Source of the DNA: Coprothermobacterota bacterium
Lineage (GTDB): Bacteria; Coprothermobacterota; Coprothermobacteria; Coprothermobacterales; Coprothermobacteraceae
Length of the DNA: 64,000 nucleotides
Direction of reading: 5' to 3'
NCBI GenBank assembly: GCA_036679065.1
Contig: JAZIGN010000003.1
Location: forward strand, 160,001 to 224,000
Part shown: positions 57,040 through 64,000 of the stretch, piece after piece
Numbering within the stretch: position 1 is the first letter of the stretch
Layout of the letters: each line of letters opens with the position of its first letter
The notes under the pieces: generated by a model
What the model was told of the DNA's origin: nothing
Database searches by the model: none
The model's input: the letters and a program-made list of their open reading frames with translations, nothing else
Translations under genes and position numbers: made by a program

Positions 57040-57905
57040 TCGTCCTGGCCTCCGAAAACATAAACGAAGACATCTTCTAAAGAAGGTTCTGCCGGCGTTG
57101 CATCTTGAAGTGGTTTTGAATCGCTTACTATACGTATTTCAAAATGGTCATCTTTTTGAAGTACGTTGCCAATAGGGAACCGCTGCTTGAGTTCGTTTAG
57201 CTCGCGGTGGCTAACATTGACGAGCCACACTTTTCCTTCAACCATGTGACGGAGGTTTTCCGTCGTATCACAGTTTACGACTTTGCCTTCCTTTAGCAGA
57301 ATGACTTGGCCTGCTATGGACTGCACATCAGAGACGATATGTGTGGAAAGAATGATGATGCGGTCTTCGGAAAGCTCGGAAAGAATATTTCTAAAACGTA
57401 TGCGCTCGTTAGGATCTAACCCCGCTGTGGGTTCATCGAGAATAAGAATTCTTGGGTCGTTAAGCAGTGCTTGAGCTATGCCGATACGCCTTATCATGCC
57501 TCCTGAAAACTGACCAAGTTTCTTATTTTTCACATCTGCTAAACCTACTAAATCGAGAAGTTCATCTATTCTGCGGTTTGCGTACTTTGGGTCCAGTCCT
57601 TTGAGTGCCCCAAGGTACTGCAAAAAGCGCTTTGCCGTGAAATCTCTGTAGTAACCGACCTCCTGGGGCATGTAACCGAGAATATCTCGGTATTTGGCTC
57701 CTAGTTCCCCTATGGTTACGCCATCTAGGGTGACTTTGCCTGAAGAAGGTGGCAAAACGCCCACCATCATGCGCATGAGTGTGGTCTTACCGGCTCCATT
57801 AGGGCCCAGCAAACCGTATACACCGCGTTCAAAGTTTAAGCTCACATGATCTACGGCACATCTATTTCCAAAGTTTTTTGTTAGGTTTTGCGTTCTAAGT
57901 TGCAT
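57036..57905 (-). CDS. ABC exporter ATP-binding protein
   Basis: GPNGAGKT, FSGGM and LILDEPTAGLDP. Confidence 0.93.
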   Translation of the reverse strand: MQLRTQNLTKNFGNRCAVDHVSLNFERGVYGLLGPNGAGKTTLMRMMVGVLPPSSGKVTLDGVTIGELGAKYRDILGYMPQEVGYYRDFTAKRFLQYLGALKGLDPKYANRRIDELLDLVGLADVKNKKLGQFSGGMIRRIGIAQALLNDPRILILDEPTAGLDPNERIRFRNILSELSEDRIIILSTHIVSDVQSIAGQVILLKEGKVVNCDTTENLRHMVEGKVWLVNVSHRELNELKQRFPIGNVLQKDDHFEIRIVSDSKPLQDATPAEPSLEDVFVYVFGGQDE

Positions 57906-58666
57906 TAACATGTACCTCCTAAATCCAATGTTGTCAATTGGTGGCTAAAGGCATGTAGCGAAAAAATAAACAGCATAGTACTTACTCCAAGTATGACGAG
58001 CAACGAGAAAAGTCTTATATTGAGTAGCATCATAGCCAGTTCGTGCCTATTTACGAAGAGCATGACAGATGCGATAATCCACCCTGCAAGTATGCCCATT
58101 ACTGGTAAGGACTCACCAAATTTTGTTGCAACCAGTAGAGCCAAAAAACCGATGAAGAACATCATAGTGGAACCCGTAAGGAACATCCTTAAAGGGGTGA
58201 TCAAGTTTTGCGATGTAGAAGTAGTAACTAAGGCTAATAATGCTACGTTCAACACTGTACCGACCATGATCTTTACTACGTAAAGTTGATTTGCATTGTA
58301 TTTGCAAGCTTTTTCCAGCTCTACTACGGCCGGTGTTCTAGTGGTCATAACTTCTAGTAAGCTTAAAAGTAAGGGAACGGGTGCCCCAGCAACAAAAATA
58401 CCTACTGCAGAAAGCGAGGATTTAGCGCTACTTATAGAGAGTACGGTTATTGCCATAAACGCAGCGCACGCAGCCCAGAAGACAATGGATGTTGTGGTAA
58501 GCTGCAAAATAGCGATATCCCATAGATTAATCCGTTTTCTTTCTACAGGTAGATAATCAGCAGCTATTTGTACCACAGATTCGATCTGCTGCTCTGGGAT
58601 TTGCGGTATATTCACACTTTTAAAGAGCTGCTCGATATGCTTATCTTCGTTACTGCTCTTCTCCAT
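57905..58666 (-). CDS. Membrane protein, probable anti-sigma factor
   Basis: Multi-TM protein overlapping the ECF sigma stop codon. Confidence 0.6.
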   Translation of the reverse strand: MEKSSNEDKHIEQLFKSVNIPQIPEQQIESVVQIAADYLPVERKRINLWDIAILQLTTTSIVFWAACAAFMAITVLSISSAKSSLSAVGIFVAGAPVPLLLSLLEVMTTRTPAVVELEKACKYNANQLYVVKIMVGTVLNVALLALVTTSTSQNLITPLRMFLTGSTMMFFIGFLALLVATKFGESLPVMGILAGWIIASVMLFVNRHELAMMLLNIRLFSLLVILGVSTMLFIFSLHAFSHQLTTLDLGGTC

Positions 58667-59192
58667 CTGTCTCTTCCCCCTTTAGCAGTATGGAAAGCTT
58701 GTTAAGTCCGTACCGTATTCGCGCTTTAACTGTGGGCTCTTTAACTTTGAGCATCTCTGCAATTTCCCTACTAGTAAAACCGTAGTAGTACTTAAGTACG
58801 ATGCAATCTCTTTGATCGGTAGGAATCCTAGACAGCGCATTTAACAGCTCTGCGCTGTCTGTTACGTTTTCCAAGCTTGAAGTAATGTCATTTTCGCTCT
58901 CTTCTTCGAACTCGTATTCCTCATGCCTGCTTTCATATTTCCAGTGATTCCTTAGATGGTTCGCGGCAATGGTAAAGAGCCACGAACGGAACTTACCACG
59001 ATTCTCATAAGTTTCTATGGAAGCCACCATCTTCACAAAAACCTCCTGCGTTAAGTCCATTGATATTTCGCGGTTTTGCGTGTGGTAGTAGAAGTAAGCG
59101 AAAATATTTTGGTAATAAGCTTTTATGAGAGTGTCCAGCGCGCGTCTGTCACCGTGCTTAATCCTATCTATGAGCTTTATTTCGTCCACCAT
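58650..59192 (-). CDS. ECF RNA polymerase sigma factor
   Basis: DLTQEVF, 'FRSWLFTIAAN' and 'EIAEML...TVKAR'. Confidence 0.92.
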   Translation of the reverse strand: MVDEIKLIDRIKHGDRRALDTLIKAYYQNIFAYFYYHTQNREISMDLTQEVFVKMVASIETYENRGKFRSWLFTIAANHLRNHWKYESRHEEYEFEEESENDITSSLENVTDSAELLNALSRIPTDQRDCIVLKYYYGFTSREIAEMLKVKEPTVKARIRYGLNKLSILLKGEETDGEEQ

Positions 59193-59558
59193 AACACCAC
59201 TTTAGCCGCATCTAACCTATAAAACAACTCAGAAGGGCAAAAAGATATAAAGCTGGAAAAGATGCTTTGCTTGTGTGTGGTGGCGGCAAAAATTGTTGAA
59301 CTTCTTTAGCTCGTGAGAAAAGAAGATAAAGTCTTGAGCCCCAAAAACGTCAGGAACTCTGCTTTTTGACTGCCGAACGTTTGGCATTTAGAACATGAGC
59401 TTAAATTATACCTTTCAGCTGTAATTGGACTTTTCAGGTAGCACATGCGTTTTCAGTTTCTAAACACATACGCGTATACAGATTCTAGTAGAACGTGCCA
59501 CAATGTGTGGCATGTGGGGGAAATGCCTTTGTGATGCAGTTATTTCAAGAGATAATGC

Positions 59559-60593
59559 TTAACCGTTCATGGCTTCATACATTTCGGCATTTAGTATGGC
59601 ACAGCCAGCAGCACCCCGTATGGTGTTGTGAACCAAGGCAAGGAATCTTAGGGAGCGCTCAGAGTACTGCACAAGCTGCCCCATGCTCACTGTCATGCCG
59701 CCACCCAGATTACGATGCAGTCGAGGTTGGGGAGCGTCGCTTTGAGGTAAGTAAATTAACGGCTTTTCCGGAGCTGATGGCAGGTTAAAGCCCTTTAGCG
59801 GCTGGAAGTTATTGATGGCGTCAATGAGGGCTGTAATACTGACCTTTTCTTTTGTTTTTACAGACACTGACAGCAGGTGGCCATCTACCACGGGCACGCG
59901 GTTGCACTGAGCGTAAATTTTGAAAGGCGCAAAGTCGATGGCCTCTTCGTGTTCATTGTAATTGCCAAGTATTTTTAGCGGTTCACTGGTTAGCTTCTGT
60001 TCTTCACCGTTTATGTGGGGGATTACGTTGTCCACAATATCCAAAGATGATACGCCGGGATAACCTGCACCGGACAATGCTTGCATGGTTACCACGTTAA
60101 CTTCTTCCAAGCCGAACAAATCAGCAATAGGTTTTAGTGCCATGACAAGGCCCACTGTGGAGCAATTTGGATTCGTAATGATGACGCCGGGTGTGGTTTG
60201 ATAACGAGTCAGTGAAAGGTGCTGCCAGTTTATCTCGGGTACTACCAATGGCACGTTTGCATCCATGCGGTGACAGGCTGCATTGGAAAACACGGTATAG
60301 CCTGCGTTCACAAACATATCTTCTATGGGGCCCGCCACACTTGACGGTAGAGCAGAGAAAACATAATCGCAATGGAAAGTGGGCCTGCACTCTTCAATTA
60401 GCATGTCTGAAATGGAATCCGGCATGGCAGTATTTAATCTCCACGTAACAGCCTCTTTATACGTTTTTCCAGCGGAATTTTGAGAAGCTGCAAGTGTACT
60501 TATCTGGAAATAGGGATGATTTTCCAAAAGCTGAATGAAGCGTTGTCCCACTAAGCCCGTTGCTCCTAAAATGGCCACTTTTCGTTTCCTCAT
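59559..60593 (-). CDS. asd: Aspartate-semialdehyde dehydrogenase (archaeal/eukaryote-like type)
   Basis: GATGLVGQRF, NPNCST, QALSGAG and HNTIRGAAG. Confidence 0.93.
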   Translation of the reverse strand: MRKRKVAILGATGLVGQRFIQLLENHPYFQISTLAASQNSAGKTYKEAVTWRLNTAMPDSISDMLIEECRPTFHCDYVFSALPSSVAGPIEDMFVNAGYTVFSNAACHRMDANVPLVVPEINWQHLSLTRYQTTPGVIITNPNCSTVGLVMALKPIADLFGLEEVNVVTMQALSGAGYPGVSSLDIVDNVIPHINGEEQKLTSEPLKILGNYNEHEEAIDFAPFKIYAQCNRVPVVDGHLLSVSVKTKEKVSITALIDAINNFQPLKGFNLPSAPEKPLIYLPQSDAPQPRLHRNLGGGMTVSMGQLVQYSERSLRFLALVHNTIRGAAGCAILNAEMYEAMNG

Positions 60594-60622
60594 GTGGTAT
60601 TTTGTATCCTCCTTTCTATTCT

Positions 60623-61582
60623 TTAGCGCCACACAGCTTGGAGAAGCGCTTTGGCTGACTTACTTTTACCCATGGTAAAAAGGTGTATGCCGGGCGCTCC
60701 CCACGAAAGTAGCTTTTCAACAAGTGATGCCATGAACGCTGTGCCCACTTCAAACTCCTCTTTGCTGCTCTTGGCTTCTTGCATTTTTTCCAGAAAAGCG
60801 TGGGGAATGTTGACGAAGAATTTTCTCGGTATGCTGTAGATGGATTTGAGGCTGACCACGGGTTTTATACCTGGAATAATGGGTACATTTATACCGATGC
60901 TTCTGGCTCTTTCTACAAAGTCTTTGTACACGTCGAAGTCGAAGATCATTTGGGTAATGATGTAGTTTGCCCCTGCTTCCACTTTTTCTTTTAGGTGCTT
61001 CATGTCTTCCTCCAAATTGGGAGCTTCAAAATGCTTTTCTGGGTAACCAGCTACTCCGATACAGAAATCGGTGCACATGGTGCTTTCTTTCTGATACAGG
61101 TAGTGTCCTTTGTTCATATGCGCAATTTGCTGCACTAAATCCACTGCATATGTGTGGTAGTCTTTGTTGTTCTCTTGTTTGCTTTCTCCTTCAGCGTTTT
61201 CGTATTCACCTCTAATGGCAAACACATTTTGCACACCAATCAAATGCAAGTCAATGAGTAAGTCTTCAAGCTCAAACTTATTCATGCCGCGGCAGAGAAC
61301 GTGTGGCACTACGTCCACTGAGTAACGTTTCATCAATGCAGCTGTTAAACCTACTGTACCAGGCCTCTTCACCTTCGGCACCTTCACGATGGTACCGTCT
61401 TCAAGCTCCACATAAGTGGTCTCAGCTGCATGTCTGGTCACGTTTATGAAGCTTATGGGGTAATCAGTTATAAGCTCGTCAACGGCTTTAAAGATGTCTT
61501 CCGCACTGTGTCCTCGATTCGGTGGTAGGACTTCTATGGAAATGATCCGTCCCTGCTCGATTTTGTCAGTAACTTTCATCAT
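60623..61582 (-). CDS. metF: Methylenetetrahydrofolate reductase
   Basis: SIEVLPP, VAGYPEKH, KV.AGA.YIITQM and GIHLFT. Confidence 0.9.
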   Translation of the reverse strand: MMKVTDKIEQGRIISIEVLPPNRGHSAEDIFKAVDELITDYPISFINVTRHAAETTYVELEDGTIVKVPKVKRPGTVGLTAALMKRYSVDVVPHVLCRGMNKFELEDLLIDLHLIGVQNVFAIRGEYENAEGESKQENNKDYHTYAVDLVQQIAHMNKGHYLYQKESTMCTDFCIGVAGYPEKHFEAPNLEEDMKHLKEKVEAGANYIITQMIFDFDVYKDFVERARSIGINVPIIPGIKPVVSLKSIYSIPRKFFVNIPHAFLEKMQEAKSSKEEFEVGTAFMASLVEKLLSWGAPGIHLFTMGKSKSAKALLQAVWR

Positions 61583-62318
61583 TACCACCCCCTTCTAGAA
61601 TTCTTAGCTGGTGTTTTCCCACTGTGCCCATGGTATTTCCTATGATGACGAGGAGCGTATCAATCTCAGGATGTAGGGGAGAATTCAGAATACTTCGAAC
61701 GTCGCTGGGTTGTCTTATTTGGTTGCCATAATATGTGGCAAAAGCGTCTGCCAATGCTCCTGAGCGAGCAACCACTGTTACCGCGTCTGCTTTGCCGAAG
61801 CTGATGGAAGGGCCTACTGTGCCAGAGGAAGTGCAAATGCCATAGTTCCCTGCTGGCACTTCTAAGCCGATTCTGCCTGAAAGAGGAGAGTTCCCTGCAA
61901 ATATGGAAACCACGATGGGCTGCTGCACTTTCACAAATAGGTCGCCACCATTTTCCACGATAACTTCCCTACAACCGAATTCGTAAGAAAGAAAACTCCC
62001 CACTTGGTCAGCTACTGCTCCTGCCACCGCAGCCATGGGCCCAACATGGGCAAGTTCTGCTGCATCTAACATTTTTCGTACAATGCCCACTGCAATGGGG
62101 TCGTTTACTGGTTTGAAGGACGTCAGAAAGACGGGATTTTGTTTTATGTAATCTTCCAATTGCTGGCGTAATCTGGTTATGAACTGAAGGGCGGCTTCAG
62201 GCATTTCTTCATAGGTTTTGTCAACGCCAATCCATAAGTCAGTTTCTTTGTAGCCCACAGAAAAGCTATGAAATCGTCCTTTATGCCAGCTTCTGTAAAA
62301 ACGCCTAGCGTTGTTCAT
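61566..62318 (-). CDS. UPF0280/COG2122 (ApbE-like) protein
   Basis: VGPMAAVAGA, VENGGD and TSSGTVGPSISFGKADA. Confidence 0.88.
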   Translation of the reverse strand: MNNARRFYRSWHKGRFHSFSVGYKETDLWIGVDKTYEEMPEAALQFITRLRQQLEDYIKQNPVFLTSFKPVNDPIAVGIVRKMLDAAELAHVGPMAAVAGAVADQVGSFLSYEFGCREVIVENGGDLFVKVQQPIVVSIFAGNSPLSGRIGLEVPAGNYGICTSSGTVGPSISFGKADAVTVVARSGALADAFATYYGNQIRQPSDVRSILNSPLHPEIDTLLVIIGNTMGTVGKHQLRILEGGGNDESY

Positions 62319-63636
62319 CGAATGGAAGCCTCACTCCCACAGGACATACGTCACTGCATAGTCCGCACTTAGTACAGACTTCTTTTGTGAATGCAAGTTT
62401 AGCGTTTATAAGCTTCAAAGCGCCAGTTGGACAAACGGAGGTGCATAAGCCACAATCCACGCAAGTGGGATCGTCTTTTGTAAGGGGTTTTCCTTCCATA
62501 ACTTGTGGGAGCTTTTTTACTATGCGTGGCTCATGAAAATACGCCACTGGCTCTGTAAGCAAAAATGCACCTTGGCTGATCCAGTGTTTCAGAACATCTG
62601 CAATTTCTCTTGCCATGTTCAAACTTGATATGGGAGCTGTTTTCACTTTCTTGCCGTTTAACTCTGCAAAACCTGAGCGAAGCTCTTCGTAGGTCATGTA
62701 GCCAATGGTCGGGTGATCTGGCAACGCATAGTCCTTGATTTCCGTGGTTATTTCAGCATTGCTCCGCGAGGCAAAGTAAGCCACATCATCGTTTATTATG
62801 GGTATGGGTATGCCGATGCCTACAAACAGAGTCACACCGTAGTTTTTGAAATAAGCAGCTCTGAGGTAACGTGCATTCATCTTTTTTGCATCGCCAATAA
62901 CTGCAAGTGTTCTTGCGCTTCCCATGGGTATGCCCCATTGATTAACCTGCACCTGATCAGTGAACTGGGTTCCCGGCCAAACCACGTACCCTTCTGTGCC
63001 GCACAAAAAGATACGTGTTCCTAAACCAATGGTGAGCATGTTGGGGTCTTTTAGTAGCGGGCTTAGTTCACCTGACGTGGAGTAGTTCATGTTCCCAAAA
63101 TTGGGCAGCAGTTTCCCCATGTAGGTGTAAAGTATTCTTTTACTGCTGTTGGTTGCTGCTGCATAGTTTTGATAAGCATTTCTCGGGTTGAACAAGAAGA
63201 AATCGTTGATCATATCCTTGTTAATAAAACCTGCAAAAGTCTTCCTTGGATAGCAGTCCGTTCCCTTACCCTGAGCTTCTAAGAAGACATCTTTGCCTTT
63301 TATGAGTGCTTCAATAATGTGAGCTCCCCCAAAAGATTTGTCCTCATCCGATTCTTGCGTAGCTCCGAGGAAACCATCTACGGCAGCAACACCACCGTAA
63401 ACCTCTACATCACTCAGTTTTATTTTTTCCATGCGCATTGGGGGTGTGGTGTGGCCAAAGTTGATAAATGCACCGCTGGAACACATGGGAGCAAAAGTAC
63501 CGGTTGTCACCACGTCCACCTTTTCTGCAATTTCTTTGGGGGAAGATTCTTTTGCCATTTGCACAACTTCTTCCGCTGTCAAGACGACAGCCTGCCCACT
63601 GCGTATCTTGGCATTGATTTCCTCAATGGTCTTCAT
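62305..63636 (-). CDS. DUF39 homocysteine biosynthesis protein fused to a 2x[4Fe-4S] ferredoxin
   Basis: 'KTIEEINAKI', DVVTTGTF.PMCSSGA and PRNAYQNY; two C-terminal CxxCxxCxxxCP motifs. Confidence 0.87.
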   Translation of the reverse strand: MKTIEEINAKIRSGQAVVLTAEEVVQMAKESSPKEIAEKVDVVTTGTFAPMCSSGAFINFGHTTPPMRMEKIKLSDVEVYGGVAAVDGFLGATQESDEDKSFGGAHIIEALIKGKDVFLEAQGKGTDCYPRKTFAGFINKDMINDFFLFNPRNAYQNYAAATNSSKRILYTYMGKLLPNFGNMNYSTSGELSPLLKDPNMLTIGLGTRIFLCGTEGYVVWPGTQFTDQVQVNQWGIPMGSARTLAVIGDAKKMNARYLRAAYFKNYGVTLFVGIGIPIPIINDDVAYFASRSNAEITTEIKDYALPDHPTIGYMTYEELRSGFAELNGKKVKTAPISSLNMAREIADVLKHWISQGAFLLTEPVAYFHEPRIVKKLPQVMEGKPLTKDDPTCVDCGLCTSVCPTGALKLINAKLAFTKEVCTKCGLCSDVCPVGVRLPFDEQR

Positions 63637-64000
63637 GGGTTCTGTTCACCTCCACTGAAAAACTCTTCATGGATGGCTTTTAATGCCTTTTGTCTGTCTG
63701 CTGTGCGCACAAGGAAATAAATGGTTACGTTTGATGCCCCAGCTGATATCATTTCAACATTTATTCCTTGTCTGGATACTGCAGAGAATATGCGTGCTGC
63801 CACACTGTGTCTTTTAAGTAAGCCGTCACCCACAGCTGCGATAAGAGATATGTCTGTCTTGTAAAGAATGCTTTCCACATAAGGGATGTTCATGCGCTGC
63901 GTGGCTTTCTTGCATTTATCAATGTCTTGTTTGGAAATCAGCACATTAATGCTGGTCTGCGAAGTTATAACGGACTTTATGTTTATGTTCGCGTTGCCCA
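63633..64000 (-). CDS. Aspartate kinase C-terminal ACT domains (runs off the window)
   Basis: 'SLIAAVGDG....VAARIFSAV...INVEMISAGAS'; operon context with asd. Confidence 0.75.
   Translation of the reverse strand, partial: GNANINIKSVITSQTSINVLISKQDIDKCKKATQRMNIPYVESILYKTDISLIAAVGDGLLKRHSVAARIFSAVSRQGINVEMISAGASNVTIYFLVRTADRQKALKAIHEEFFSGGEQNP

Noticed and set aside
59485..59515. Third sigma54 promoter (TGGCACG)
   Set aside because: No TTGC at -12; the sequence is part of a TGCCACA/TGTGGCA hairpin after asd.

Overview
Origin-proximal 64 kb of a fermentative anaerobic bacterium, probably thermophilic. Gene content resembles Coprothermobacter, but that is an inference and was not verified. Left to right: (1) a guanine-riboswitch-controlled NCS2 permease; (2) exported proteins carrying copper-amine-oxidase-N ('stalk') domains and a large S8 protease, two of these genes having sigma54 promoters; (3) tungstate ABC transporter tupABC; (4) an IS200/IS605 element (tnpA+tnpB) sitting in a partly deleted mrp gene; (5) a surface-tethered starch/maltodextrin locus with near-perfect 711- and 717-bp internal repeats; (6) a MATE pump; (7) yaaA-dnaN-[ZIP]-oriC-dnaA with two parS sites; (8) tldDE, tungsten AOR and MoaD; (9) pcrA, peroxiredoxin, cysEK, AKR, DUF1028 and a frameshifted OPT transporter; (10) a trpL-trpB-trpA unit whose TrpA has lost its catalytic residues; (11) a Ula-type PTS and an ECF-sigma/ABC cassette; (12) a methanogen-type homocysteine/methionine operon. 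The most notable observations are the probable indole-salvage operon with a pseudo-enzyme TrpA and an unannotated Trp-rich leader, the TTAC-to-TTAC deletion at the IS, the TnpB with an atypical RuvC-II, the multi-copy CTTAGGTGATCAA motif in a sigma54 leader, and the stalk-anchored starch system. All assignments come from reading motifs by eye; no searches were run.
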